A stretch of 64,000 nucleotides of DNA from Candidatus Bathyarchaeota archaeon (GTDB taxonomy: Archaea; Thermoproteota; Bathyarchaeia; Bathyarchaeales; Bathycorpusculaceae): the NCBI GenBank assembly GCA_963811105.1, contig CAWEPZ010000009.1:361911-425910 (forward strand). The letters run 5' to 3'. The notes beneath the pieces are model-generated. The model searched no databases, was not told where the DNA came from, and worked only from the letters and a program-made list of their open reading frames with translations. The position numbers and the translations under genes are program-made. How positions within the stretch are numbered: position 1 is the stretch's first letter; the number at the start of each line of letters is the position of its first letter. Below are positions 21,339 to 32,095 of this stretch, piece after piece.

Positions 21339-21679
21339 CAACACCATTTTAACTAAAACTATCCTTTTTTTAGTTTCTAAATTAGCCTTTCAATGCTACA
21401 TTTGCTTCAGTTATTTTTCCGTCAAATGCGATAGCAGGCGCAGCTATTATGATATCAAGGGCTTCTCCCTTTGCCTGGTTCTCGTTTGAATCAATTAGAA
21501 CTACATCACTTTTTCATAACGAAGAATATCGAAAGCAGCGGCACTTCCTACTTTACCGCACCAATAACTTTTGTCATATAAAACTATGATTTGAAGCTTA
21601 GATATAATCTGCTCAACATACAAATAAAAACAAAAGAGTTCGAATTTGAGATTTGATGGTTGATATCTTGCAGTAATTC

Positions 21680-22132
21680 CTATTTTATAATAATAACTGG
21701 ACAAAGCGCTAAATGCGATACTTTTTCACTTATACTACCCATAAAAAACTCCCGCATCCTCCCTGCTCCTTTATGCCCAACTATAATAACGTCGAAACTG
21801 CCCTCCTTTGCTGTATTAACAATTTCAAGAGCAGGATCGCCTTGTCTAAGAGTAGAAGTAACAGCCAAGTCAGGCTTAACTTCCTTTGCTCGTGCAACCG
21901 CTTTACGCAAGACCTCTTCATGAATTTTGTTGACATCATTCGCAACCGAAGCCAGACTGGCGTTTGAAGAAACAGTCGATTCGGCAGGATTAGTACTTAA
22001 AGGCAATGGCTCGTAAACATTCAAAATCGTGACAGCCGCACCAAATTTTTCGCTTAACCCTAATGCAAAATCCAAAGCCCTATCTGAATTTTCGGAACCA
22101 TCAACCGCCACCAATATGTTCCTAAGTAACAT
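21680..22132 (-). CDS. Universal stress protein (UspA family)
   Basis: ILVAVDGSENS, GDPA, GSISEKV...CPV motifs. Confidence 0.95.
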   Translation of the reverse strand: MLLRNILVAVDGSENSDRALDFALGLSEKFGAAVTILNVYEPLPLSTNPAESTVSSNASLASVANDVNKIHEEVLRKAVARAKEVKPDLAVTSTLRQGDPALEIVNTAKEGSFDVIIVGHKGAGRMREFFMGSISEKVSHLALCPVIIIK

Positions 22133-22340
22133 AAACCAAAGCTCCTCGAAAAAATAACCGTTTATCTAACCATTAAGCTTTTTCTCAACCCATAAAAAAC
22201 CAATCCACTTGTAACCTCTTTGCTTGTTTGAATAAGGTTGCTCCTCACCGATTCCTTTAAACATTATAAAGGTAAAGTCTATTCAATACTTAAAAGAGGC
22301 AAACGGGGGGCCACCAATAAATAAGCATATTCAAACGCTA

Positions 22341-23978
22341 ATGCTCATGCTTATTATTGCAACAATAGTTTTTCCAGCCCTCAATGTTCCCAGCACTAAA
22401 GCAATGGCAGAACAACCTTGGACCACCATGACACCTATGCCAACAGCGCGAGGAGGACTCGGCGTGGCCGTCGCAAACGGAAAGATTTATGCAATCGGAG
22501 GCTTAAACGGTGACTTACCACTTAATACAAATGAACAGTATGATCCTGCCACAAACCAGTGGACAAGCAAAGCACCTTTGCCAACGGCAAGAAGCGGTTT
22601 TGCCATAGCGTCTTATAATAACGAAATCTATGCCATAGGGGGAACGGTCGGCAACGGATACGTGGGCAACAACGAAGTTTATAATCCTTTAACTAATTCT
22701 TGGGAAACAAAGGCGTCAATGCCTACTCCAAGGGCTGATTTTACAGCCAATGTGGTGAACGATAAAATCTATTTAATCGGTGGCAAAAGATATTCAAGCA
22801 ACAGTCCATATTTCAATGAAACAGACATTAACGAGGTTTATGATCCAGTTACTGATACGTGGACAACTGCCAAATCAATTTCGCACGCAGTTTATGGTTA
22901 CGCATCAGCGGTTATAGATGGAAAAATTCAAATCATAGGAGGAGCAAAAAACCCAGTTTCGTTAGGAAGCACGGTTCTTGTAAATTCTAACCAAGTGTAT
23001 GATCCTCAAACTAACAATTGGACAATAGCTGCAAGCGCACCAAACTTAGTTTCCTATGGAGCTGCGTCAGTAACCCAAAATTTTATGGCGCCTTCACGTC
23101 TGTATTTTGTAGGTGGGTTTTCTTCGAACACTTATAGCGGTAATACTCAAGTTTATGACCCAACTAACGACACTTGGACCACTGACGTCTCTATGCTTAC
23201 CGCTCGAGCCTACTTGGGCGTTGCTGTCGTAAACGATATTTTGTACGCAATCGGCGGCTTTGACGGCACAAATTGGCTAAGAACTGTGGAGCAGTATAAG
23301 CCTATTGGTTATGGAACAGTTCCGCCGGAAATTCAAATTACGTCTCCTGAAAACGAAACGTATACTGATGTGACTTTATCCTATGATGTTAACAAGGGGG
23401 TCGAATGGATGGGTTACAGTTTAGATGATCAAGCAAACCTAACCATAAAAGGAACTACCGAATTGTTTAACATGTCTCAGGGTGCACATAACGTGATAAT
23501 CTACGCTAACGACAGCATTGGCAACATGGGTCATTCGAACAGAGTTTTCTTTTCAATAGACACGATTGCTCCAAGTATTGTGATAATGCTTCCTCTAAAC
23601 CAATCTTATAGTTCTACTGATATCCAATTAACTTTTAAAGTAGATGAGCCAACCAAAGAGTTGGCTTATATTTTAGATAATAACGCAAAGTTGAGTATAA
23701 TTGGAAATGTAAGTTTGCCGGCACTAACCAACGGGTCTCATCGTTTAACGATTTACGCTACTGACGAAATCGGGAACGCAGACTCAAAAACTGTGTACTT
23801 TAGTATACAGACTTTTCCAACTATGTTATGGGTTGCAATCATAGCCATAATAATCATAGTTGTAGCGGCAGGGTACCTGTTTGTGAAACGCAAAAAAGTA
23901 GAAAATAAACAAGAGTTACCGACAGATGCTGACTCGGCATCAGATAAAGAAAACAAAGTCACGGATTTAGAATCTTGA
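22341..23978 (+). CDS. Membrane-anchored Kelch-repeat beta-propeller surface protein with Ig-like domains
   Basis: Signal-like N-terminus, about six Kelch repeats (IYAIGG...EQYDP...W), two Ig-like repeats (GAHNVIIYAND, GSHRLTIYATD), C-terminal TM plus basic tail. Confidence 0.9.
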   Translation: MLMLIIATIVFPALNVPSTKAMAEQPWTTMTPMPTARGGLGVAVANGKIYAIGGLNGDLPLNTNEQYDPATNQWTSKAPLPTARSGFAIASYNNEIYAIGGTVGNGYVGNNEVYNPLTNSWETKASMPTPRADFTANVVNDKIYLIGGKRYSSNSPYFNETDINEVYDPVTDTWTTAKSISHAVYGYASAVIDGKIQIIGGAKNPVSLGSTVLVNSNQVYDPQTNNWTIAASAPNLVSYGAASVTQNFMAPSRLYFVGGFSSNTYSGNTQVYDPTNDTWTTDVSMLTARAYLGVAVVNDILYAIGGFDGTNWLRTVEQYKPIGYGTVPPEIQITSPENETYTDVTLSYDVNKGVEWMGYSLDDQANLTIKGTTELFNMSQGAHNVIIYANDSIGNMGHSNRVFFSIDTIAPSIVIMLPLNQSYSSTDIQLTFKVDEPTKELAYILDNNAKLSIIGNVSLPALTNGSHRLTIYATDEIGNADSKTVYFSIQTFPTMLWVAIIAIIIIVVAAGYLFVKRKKVENKQELPTDADSASDKENKVTDLES

Positions 23979-24069
23979 GACAATCCAAACCGACTATTTG
24001 TTGTGCACAAGGTAAGCAAAAAAAGATTTCTTAGACAGAAAACTTAAGTATAGAAAACAACGCTTTTCA

Positions 24070-24339
24070 ATGAAGGTCTACCACCCGATGGTCTACGAAA
24101 TCGATTATCACGCAGGTGAAAAAGCAGGTTGCTCAACAAGACTCATAATTGCAGACCGAATGTTTTATGTTAAACTATTTCAGGCCGAAACCGCAAGATT
24201 TTTTTCAGGAGACCAACAAGGCATTATTCAAAAGGAAATTTCAAAATCTGAATTCGAACTGTGGCTTAACATATTAGCAGATAATGAAGTAGAGATATCC
24301 GAAATTCAAGGTAAGCTTGGTTTAGGAAAAAAATATTAG
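24070..24339 (+). CDS. Hypothetical protein
   Basis: 89 aa ORF of plausible composition. Confidence 0.6.
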   Translation: MKVYHPMVYEIDYHAGEKAGCSTRLIIADRMFYVKLFQAETARFFSGDQQGIIQKEISKSEFELWLNILADNEVEISEIQGKLGLGKKY

Positions 24340-24514
24340 ACTTTAAACATCTTTCCGTCTTGTCTTTCTTATTGCGACAACTAAGAATTACTGTGAGAAC
24401 CGCCAGCAAAACTATCTAATCAAGAATTACCGAGTAAAAGTGTAAAGGTCATTAAGTATTATTATATTTATATTGAAATGTTAATGCTAGATATTCAGTT
24501 ATGAGGCAAATGAA

Positions 24515-25540
24515 ATGAGCGCATATTTGGTGCCATGGGATACCAAACGCAACTTGTTAGATGAGGCAAATCGCCTCTATGACGAAGCTGGAACTCTTGA
24601 TTGCATACAAAGAGATGATATAGTTGCAATAAAGCTGCATGTTGGCGAATTAGGAAATCCGTACTATGTGCAACCATTTTTTGTTCATGATATCATTCAA
24701 AGAGTTAAGGAAGCAGGCGGCAAACCATTCCTAACCGACTCCAATACACTATATCACGCAGAACGCAGCAACGCCTACGACCATATGTTTACTGCGTTAA
24801 TGAATGGATTTAACATGGCTCCCTTTATTGTGGCTGATGGACTTAAGAGCGAAAACTATCGGATAGTGCAAACCAAGGGCATATTAAAAGAAATTGAAGT
24901 TTCTGGCGCTATCGCGGAGGCTGATGCTATGATTGTTGTGTCACATGATAAGGGTCATGAACTAAGCGGATTCGGCGGAGCAATGAAAAACCTAGGCATG
25001 GGCTGCACTCCCCGAACCGGCAAGCTTCGCCAACACAGAACAGTTGGCATAGAAATAGACCAATCTAAATGCAAAGGCTGTGGCAAATGTACGGCAATAT
25101 GCGAAATGCATCTGCCTGAAATTATTGAAGGAAAAGCAAGAAATATTTCATCGCTTTGTATGCGGTGTCCAATGTGCAAACATGGTTGTCCAATGGAAGC
25201 CATAAGCTTTGTCAATCAGGATAATATTTGTAGGGCACTTGCTTCAGCTGCATACGGTGTATTGTCCACATTTAAGCCCAACAAAGTGTCTTATGTTAGC
25301 TTTGCCCGAAGCATAACTTCATATTGTGATTGTTTGCCAAGTCCAGGCGACATAATTATGAAGGATGTAGGTATCTTTGCCTCCGACTCACCTGTTTCAA
25401 TTGACGCGGCATTCCTGGAAATGATTGATTATAAATTGCTTAATGAAGCATCAAATGTTGATTGCATGTTGCAGGTTCAAGAAGCTAAAAGCTTAGGCAT
25501 CAAAGGCGAACTAAACCCTAAAATAATAAAATTAAGCTAA
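24515..25540 (+). CDS. DUF362 / 4Fe-4S ferredoxin-domain protein
   Basis: IKLHVGE, KGHELSGFGGAMKNLGMG, two CxxCxxCxxxC motifs, CDC. Confidence 0.9.
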   Translation: MSAYLVPWDTKRNLLDEANRLYDEAGTLDCIQRDDIVAIKLHVGELGNPYYVQPFFVHDIIQRVKEAGGKPFLTDSNTLYHAERSNAYDHMFTALMNGFNMAPFIVADGLKSENYRIVQTKGILKEIEVSGAIAEADAMIVVSHDKGHELSGFGGAMKNLGMGCTPRTGKLRQHRTVGIEIDQSKCKGCGKCTAICEMHLPEIIEGKARNISSLCMRCPMCKHGCPMEAISFVNQDNICRALASAAYGVLSTFKPNKVSYVSFARSITSYCDCLPSPGDIIMKDVGIFASDSPVSIDAAFLEMIDYKLLNEASNVDCMLQVQEAKSLGIKGELNPKIIKLS

Positions 25541-26330
25541 TTTTGCGTTCTGTTGCATTTACTTTGATATCCGCATTTTTTTTCCATCTTCTAATTAAGT
25601 AAACAGATGTTATGATGATTGCTGCAACGATTGCGGAAAGGATTAGGTAATGTGAGATTCCAGCAACTTCCGACCAGTGATTTCCTAAGAACAACCCTAG
25701 ATAAATCAAGATTGTGTTCCATAATAGGCAGCCTGCAGTGGTGTAAGCGATAAACTTCGGCAGCGGCATTCGAACTGCGCCTGCGGGGAATGATACTAGG
25801 GTTCTGAATCCAGGTATGAGTCGGCAAAAAAACACCATTATTGCTCCATGTCTGCTAAACCAGTTTGCAGCAATTTCAAGTTGGGCTGCGGACAAGAGAG
25901 CTCGTCCTAAAATGCGGTGTCTCGCAAGAGATTGAACGCCTTTTAATCCGATATAGTAATCAATCAGTGAACCCATTACCCCCGCAACAGTCGCAACTAA
26001 AACCGTTATCCAAATATTCAGCTGACCCGTTGAAGCTAAGAAGCCTGCAAATGGAAGAATTACCTCGCTTGGGATAGGCACAGAGCTCGCTTCTAGCAGC
26101 ATCAACATGAAGATGCCGAAGTACCCCCATGATTTCACAGTGTCTTTGACGTTAATCATAATAGAAATTACAGCGCTAATCACTGGCCCACCTGTTACAG
26201 GACCGCCCTCAATAACTGTGTCTTCTAAAATTGAGATCAGAACATAAGCAACAATTACAATAGCGATGGCTACGATAATCAGTTGCGGAGCTTTTTTTCG
26301 AATTCGTTGAAGGCTGTGATATGTCACCAA
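25518..26330 (-). CDS. DedA-family membrane protein
   Basis: EASSVPIPSEVILPFAG, RLIPGFRTLVSFPAG motifs. Confidence 0.92.
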   Translation of the reverse strand: MVTYHSLQRIRKKAPQLIIVAIAIVIVAYVLISILEDTVIEGGPVTGGPVISAVISIMINVKDTVKSWGYFGIFMLMLLEASSVPIPSEVILPFAGFLASTGQLNIWITVLVATVAGVMGSLIDYYIGLKGVQSLARHRILGRALLSAAQLEIAANWFSRHGAIMVFFCRLIPGFRTLVSFPAGAVRMPLPKFIAYTTAGCLLWNTILIYLGLFLGNHWSEVAGISHYLILSAIVAAIIITSVYLIRRWKKNADIKVNATERKISLILLF

Positions 26331-26387
26331 GATAATCGCTTAACCCGTAATTTTCATCTTGAATATATTTTAGGTTATTCCTTTTAT

Positions 26388-26643
26388 CACATCCACCCTA
26401 ACACCAACCGTACCACCAACATCAAGCCCAACGCCCACCCTTCGCCGAACCCACACCGACCTCAGTACCGAAACCGCCTCAATCAACAACCGTAACTCCG
26501 ACAGAGACTGCCATCCCAAAACCCAACTCATCGGAAGCCCAAACTCGACTCCAAGTCTAAATCCGTCGCCAACAATCCAAGAGCTTCCAGTGGCAACAGT
26601 TATTGAATTAGCTCTTATCGCAACATCTTCCAAGATTCTTTAA
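26388..26643 (+). pseudogene. Remnant 3' end of a Pro/Thr-linker, PEF-CTERM-like surface protein gene
   Basis: Pro/Thr/Ser-rich codons spread across shifting frames, ending in PSPTIQELP plus a degenerate hydrophobic tail; no start codon. Confidence 0.5.
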
Positions 26644-26727
26644 ATACTAAAACGTACCTCTAAAAAAATATTAACTATAATTAAGTTTTATGGTTAATGA
26701 GTTTTGTAAGATTGTGGTATAGTTTCA

Positions 26728-27252
26728 TTACCTTCTTAACAAATAGACTATGCCCCTAGCAATCAATGATGCACCTACGAATAACAATAATGCTGCCCAG
26801 AACTGGAACCAACCAGTAAGAGTGCCAGTCAACAAGAAAATATTTGCAGAAATAGCGGCGCCAAACCAGAATACCAAGTTACCCACCGCTTCAGCTGTCC
26901 GTCTATCTGAAGAATGCACATATAATCTAAGAGCAAGTATTATGATTTGCAGTATCCCAATGCCCAAACAAAAAATCATTACGGCTGAAAAAAATGCAAC
27001 GTGAACTTCCGGGTGGGCTGGTGCAGGCAAATACACCGTTGAGCTTGAGCTGTTAAGAGGATACTGAATCGTTGTTATGTCATTAAAGAATGCGGTCACT
27101 TTCTCCCAAGCGCCTGGAGTAAGCCCAAATACAGATCCAAGTAGTATTAAGAATCCTCCAAAAGATAAGGCTGTAATCAAGCCTTCTTCAAAAAAATAGC
27201 TGTGGCGCTGTGGACTTAAGTTTTGGCTCATGTTACTAGCTCCTCTTTGCAA
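26728..27252 (-). CDS. Hypothetical membrane protein (about 4 TM)
   Basis: Hydrophobic segments; probable ATG start at MSQN. Confidence 0.75.
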   Translation of the reverse strand: MQRGASNMSQNLSPQRHSYFFEEGLITALSFGGFLILLGSVFGLTPGAWEKVTAFFNDITTIQYPLNSSSSTVYLPAPAHPEVHVAFFSAVMIFCLGIGILQIIILALRLYVHSSDRRTAEAVGNLVFWFGAAISANIFLLTGTLTGWFQFWAALLLFVGASLIARGIVYLLRR

Positions 27253-27313
27253 TCAAGATATTCAATAGATTGCAATATAACATTTTTCACAACTTCTTTC
27301 CAATAAAATAATT

Positions 27314-27345
27314 TGGTGCTCGATTGGATTTGAACCGATGATCCT
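27314..27345 (-). repeat. Degenerate tRNA 3'-end remnant (possible att site)
   Basis: Minus strand reads ATCGGTTCAAATCCAATCGAGCACCA. It shares ggatttgaaccga and flanking taatttggtg with the tRNA-Trp 3' end. Confidence 0.45.
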
Positions 27346-27365
27346 CATGCTGGTTTGTGGGACAA

Positions 27366-28226
27366 TTAGGTGAATTCTTTTCTTTCGAACAGTACCAGGC
27401 CTAAGATTACTGTGACGACGAAGTAAATAGCCATGATTCCGAGCCCTTCAGGAATTGTTGCGTTAAATATGGTAATGGTTATGCCTCCTCCTGGACCTAA
27501 ACTGTTGGTGAGCATATGTGGCGGGTAAGGCGTCGTTAACACGTTGCCGATGATTGTGGACCCGTAGGTTAAGATGAACCAAGGTTCAATTTGGACAAGC
27601 GCTGAAACGAGCGTTTGAACTAGCGAGAACACAAATAAGAAAAGAATCGCTGTTAAAAGTATTGACATGGAGCTGCTCTTGAACAGCGAGCTGAAGAAGA
27701 AGGTGAATCCGAGAACAGCAACCAGGTAAATCAAAGCAAATATGAGTGACTCAACGAATTGGTAGGGCACGCCCGAGAAATAGTATACTCCGTTGCTTAC
27801 AGTGATAACTGTGAAAATGCCTAACATAACAAGCGATGCAATGAAAGCGGCTATCCACTTTCCAATGTATATTGATGAACGCCTAATTGGGTTTGGAACC
27901 CCGAAGTAGCCTGTTTTATTTTGGAACTCTCCTGAAATTGCGTCGCCACCGAAGAAAATCGCTGAAAGTATGACAACGAAGGTGACAGAGTTCCCCCACC
28001 AACTATTATAAAATGATAGCTCATCGGTAAGGAAACTTGCTGGACGGTAGTATCCTACGAGAACTGTTAGTAGTAGGCTTATCAAAACTGTTATTATAAG
28101 CATTATGAAGAATCTTCGAGACCGAAGATAGTCAAGAAGAGTATACTTAGTGACTATGCTCACCTGGGTCATACTCTTCGGGACTGCATTTTTTGATTCT
28201 AAGTTTGTTTGTACCATGTTTATCAC
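27366..28226 (-). CDS. ABC-2 type transporter permease
   Basis: DAISGEFQNKTG...P..RSSIYIGK motif, about 6 TM, coupled to the ATPase. Confidence 0.9.
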   Translation of the reverse strand: MINMVQTNLESKNAVPKSMTQVSIVTKYTLLDYLRSRRFFIMLIITVLISLLLTVLVGYYRPASFLTDELSFYNSWWGNSVTFVVILSAIFFGGDAISGEFQNKTGYFGVPNPIRRSSIYIGKWIAAFIASLVMLGIFTVITVSNGVYYFSGVPYQFVESLIFALIYLVAVLGFTFFFSSLFKSSSMSILLTAILFLFVFSLVQTLVSALVQIEPWFILTYGSTIIGNVLTTPYPPHMLTNSLGPGGGITITIFNATIPEGLGIMAIYFVVTVILGLVLFERKEFT

Positions 28227-29164
28227 AACGTCGCCTTAATGAGTCTAAGATAAACATCTTCAAGTTCTGATGAGGCAGCTTTGTAACTTATAACGCCAAT
28301 ATTCATTTTAACAATGTCGGAGAGCAAGCGTTCTTGCACGTCTAAGCCTCCGTTGAAAATTATTCTAAGGTTTTTGTCATCTATTTTGTCTGTTTTAACT
28401 ACGGATGGCAAAGCTGCAATGTTCTGGGTTACCATGTTGTTGTCGACTAAGCGGGCTAAACCGACTTCTACAACATTGTTTCCTCCTGAAAACTTGGCCG
28501 TAATATTTGAAAGAGTGTCATAAACGATTAGTTTGCCATGGTCTATCATGGCCACTTCATCGCAAACATCGGAAACCTCGCTTAGAATATGAGAGCTCAT
28601 GAATATGAGCCTATTTTTGCCCTTAAGCGATTTAATTATGTCTCTAACCTCACTCATGCCTCTGGGATCGAGTCCCGTCGTGGGTTCATCTAAAAGGATA
28701 ATTGATGGGTTACCAAGCAATGCGGAAGCAATGCAAATTCTCTGCTTCATGCCTTTAGAAAATTTCCCGACTCTTTTGTCAATCCATTCTTCCATATGCA
28801 CTTCCGCAACGACCACTTCCACCTGCTTTTTTCTTTCTTCAGCAGGTACCCCTCGAATTTCAGCTATCATAGTTAGTGCTTCTCTGGGGGTAAGTGATGA
28901 GTAAATTTCAGGAGTTTCAATAAGAGTGCCTACCGAAGCTAAGGCTTTTTTCTTTTCGATATGTACGTTTACGCCGTTGATGAGGGCTTGGCCTTTGGAT
29001 GGTCTAATGAGGTCGGTAAACATTTTTAGTGTTGTTGTTTTTCCAGAACCGTTTGGCCCTAGGAATCCGACACATTTGGCCCCTTCAATCTTTAAATTTA
29101 GGTCTGAAAGAGCTGTGAATGAGCCATATTGTTTTGTTAAATTTACTGCTTCTATTGATGGCAT
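28223..29164 (-). CDS. ABC transporter ATP-binding protein
   Basis: GPNGSGKTT, FSKGMKQR, LLDEPT, SSH motifs. Confidence 0.95.
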   Translation of the reverse strand: MPSIEAVNLTKQYGSFTALSDLNLKIEGAKCVGFLGPNGSGKTTTLKMFTDLIRPSKGQALINGVNVHIEKKKALASVGTLIETPEIYSSLTPREALTMIAEIRGVPAEERKKQVEVVVAEVHMEEWIDKRVGKFSKGMKQRICIASALLGNPSIILLDEPTTGLDPRGMSEVRDIIKSLKGKNRLIFMSSHILSEVSDVCDEVAMIDHGKLIVYDTLSNITAKFSGGNNVVEVGLARLVDNNMVTQNIAALPSVVKTDKIDDKNLRIIFNGGLDVQERLLSDIVKMNIGVISYKAASSELEDVYLRLIKATL

Positions 29165-29475
29165 CGTTATCTTGACAACCGTAACAGAAAAGCTCCTTAA
29201 AAGGCATACTCATTCCAATTGAGTTTACAACATGTTCAATGTTCCAAACGTTGTCTTTACCTGAATTCACTAATTCTGTTAATCCAATGAACCAAACAAC
29301 CTCATATGAACTAGCGGCAAAGATTATTAAGCAAAATAACACTGTTATATTCAAAGAGCCGGAAGCAAATAAAAATACATCACCCATGCCTATTAGTACG
29401 TCGAATAGTCCCATTTTCGATATAATATGGTATTTATCATAGCGTCTTATATCTTAAGTTACCAAATCTATTTAT

Positions 29476-30222
29476 GTGGTAAAACCAATGTTGCTAAACC
29501 AATTCAACAAAGAAGAACAGAAATCAGAGAAGGTGCAAAGGCACAGTAATTTGAACACTCAAATAATCATCGCAGCGCTAAACGAGGAAGAAGGCATAGG
29601 TTTAACCATAACAGAAATGATGGATGAACTTGATAACGCTAAAGTGCTCGTCGTGGATGGTAACAGTACCGATAGAACTATCGAGATAGCAAAGAACCTT
29701 GGAGCAACTGTCGCTTTCCAGGACGGTAAGGGCAAAGGTGATGCTCTCGCAAAAGGCCTTGAGCACTTGGATCCAGAAGCAAAGTTCATTGTAATCACAG
29801 ACGCAGACTACACTTATCCCGCTGAGAGCGTTCCAGGAATGATTAAGCTCTTAGAGAAAAACCCGGCGGTCGGCATGGTTTGCGGAAATCGACTTAACGG
29901 CAACGTACAACCAGAAGCTCTACACCGCGTATTCCACATAGGCAATATGCTCATAGCCTTCACGTATAACCTCCTAAGCGGGATTCCACTAAAAGATCCT
30001 CTAACTGGGCTTAGAGTGATCCGTGCTGATATTCTTAGAAGTTGGAAAGTGAAATCCAAAGGTTTTGACATTGAAGTAGAACTAAACCGCCATGTAGAGA
30101 GAAGAGGCTACGATATTGTCGAAGTCCCGATTCAGTATAGAGAAAGATTAGGTGAAAAAAAACTGGGCTTAAAGAACGGCTTTGAAATCTTTGAACGAAT
30201 CATGTTGGAAACTCTCTGTTGA
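29476..30222 (+). CDS. GT2 glycosyltransferase (dolichol-P-mannose synthase-like)
   Basis: ALNEE, VDGNSTD, GKGDA, DADYTY, DPLTG motifs. Confidence 0.92.
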   Translation: MVKPMLLNQFNKEEQKSEKVQRHSNLNTQIIIAALNEEEGIGLTITEMMDELDNAKVLVVDGNSTDRTIEIAKNLGATVAFQDGKGKGDALAKGLEHLDPEAKFIVITDADYTYPAESVPGMIKLLEKNPAVGMVCGNRLNGNVQPEALHRVFHIGNMLIAFTYNLLSGIPLKDPLTGLRVIRADILRSWKVKSKGFDIEVELNRHVERRGYDIVEVPIQYRERLGEKKLGLKNGFEIFERIMLETLC

Positions 30223-30602
30223 TTCCTTTACAATAAAATCTCTAACAGAGAAGTATGCTCTACTTTCTAACGCTACCAACTTTACGCTAACTAGGCGTTA
30301 TTTTGCTTTTATTAGATGCGTTCTTTAGATATATGAACAGGTAAATCTGTATGATTGCATACAGATATCTTTCGTTGTTTTCGCCTTAACCTGCATCAAA
30401 AGGGGAGATTTCCCGTCTTTCTTAACAGATGGGCTGATGCCACAACGTCGTAGCATCCGCCGGCAGAGACAAATTTCAGCTCACTGTTTCCATCTTTGAT
30501 TTATGGAACTTGAATATACCCAACTGACTCGAACTACACGGGTGAATATGTACTCTTAAGCTATGACACTGAGTGACGCAACAAATTGGGGCTCAGACCG
30601 CT

Positions 30603-31472
30603 CTAGGGGATGAAACCTAATAATAGGTCGTCATTTTTGCGTTCTTCTTTAGTTCCCTTAATTAACTCTAAATTTGTGGCTATTTCTCGCAGTTTTTCTG
30701 TGAAGGGATGGCTCGTTTTTTCACATGCAAATAGACATCTTCCAGCGGTGGCAACGTCGCAGGAACAGGATATAACTCCAATTACGGGTAGATGGTGTGT
30801 TCCAATCTTTATTGAATTATTGTTATAGATTTTTAATGAAAGAGATTCCCTTGGTACTCTGTTTATTATGATTCCTATTTTCTTGTCGAAAAGCTCGTAA
30901 CATTCACGTATCATCCGTCGAGTTCCTTCAACATCGGATTTGTCTGTAGACGTCACCACCAGTACAATGTCGGCGCAGACTATAGCGTTTATGGAGGAAT
31001 AAATAAGGCCAGGACTGGCATCAAAGAATACATAATCGAAATACATATCGTTTAGGCTACAGGTCTTGAGTGAAAAGAGTTGACCCAAAGCATCCATTTC
31101 CCATGTTCTATTCTTGGATTCCATCTCAAGTATGGCTTCGGTTGAAGGGTTAGCTAAACCAACAAGTAGTTTTCCTTTCCCAGTGTCTTTTGTGCTGCAA
31201 TCTGTTAAAACATCTTCTAGATTGCAGGCTTTGTTTAGATAATCGTTCATCCAATATTCCTTACCATTTTTGAAAATCAAGTGGAGGCTTGGAGCACGAA
31301 AGTCCAAATCTAGAAGACAAACGCTTTTGCCCATTGTGGCAAATAAGGTTGCCAGATTTGTTGAGAGGAGCGTCTTTCCTGTTCCGCCCTTGTACGAGTG
31401 AAAGGTTACGATCAATAGTTTTTCCCCATGTTCCTTACAGATTTTTTGAAAACTGAAATGTTTTAGCAACAT
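30603..31472 (-). CDS. MinD/ParA-family ATPase
   Basis: Deviant Walker A SYKGGTGKT, DLDFRAP, DASPG, INR motifs. Confidence 0.92.
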   Translation of the reverse strand: MLLKHFSFQKICKEHGEKLLIVTFHSYKGGTGKTLLSTNLATLFATMGKSVCLLDLDFRAPSLHLIFKNGKEYWMNDYLNKACNLEDVLTDCSTKDTGKGKLLVGLANPSTEAILEMESKNRTWEMDALGQLFSLKTCSLNDMYFDYVFFDASPGLIYSSINAIVCADIVLVVTSTDKSDVEGTRRMIRECYELFDKKIGIIINRVPRESLSLKIYNNNSIKIGTHHLPVIGVISCSCDVATAGRCLFACEKTSHPFTEKLREIATNLELIKGTKEERKNDDLLLGFIP

Positions 31473-31705
31473 TATTGTTCATCCGTTTCTTTGTCCACTA
31501 TGCCCTCAGAAACGGTTTTTGCAATAATACTCTTGCACTTTGAGAGATTATTCCATCTTTGGTTAGAAAATTAACACACTTCCCGATGAACATGCTTTAA
31601 AGATAACTACCGAGAATCCCACTAATTCGATGATTAGATTCAACAGAATCTAGAAGATGCCTTCAACTGAACCACTGCAATTTTTCATTTTTTTGATCAA
31701 AGCTC

Positions 31706-32095
31706 CTATTTGCTAAGTATTTCTTCTTCTTCCTGAATGAGCAAGGGCAAAGATTCTCCGTGGGTTTTTACAAAATGCGACATTTTTTGGATTGAAAAAT
31801 TGTAAGCAACAACGGCTTTTCCGAATTTTTCTTTTCCTGCCGAAGTTACCCGGTAAACCACTTTACCTTTTTGAAGGGTGGATTTTATTAATTTGTCGTC
31901 TTCCAAGCAGTGCAGAAGAGGATAGAGCGAACCTGGGCTAAGCAATATACCAAATTCTTTGTGGAGGGTCGCAATTATCTTATATCCGTGCGTAGACTCG
32001 CCAGTTAATATAGCCATAATTACGATATCCAAAAAAGTCTTGAGATGCCTTTCAGCAATCTTATTTTCATACATCACATTTTGAAATGAAAGCAT
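31706..32095 (-). CDS. PadR-family transcriptional regulator
   Basis: THGYKII...LSPGSLYPLLH...YRVTSAG. Confidence 0.9.
   Translation of the reverse strand: MLSFQNVMYENKIAERHLKTFLDIVIMAILTGESTHGYKIIATLHKEFGILLSPGSLYPLLHCLEDDKLIKSTLQKGKVVYRVTSAGKEKFGKAVVAYNFSIQKMSHFVKTHGESLPLLIQEEEEILSK

Noticed and set aside
29085-29442. ORFs 29085-29414 and 29239-29442 as genes
   Set aside because: They overlap each other and the ABC gene's promoter region; no family features recognised.
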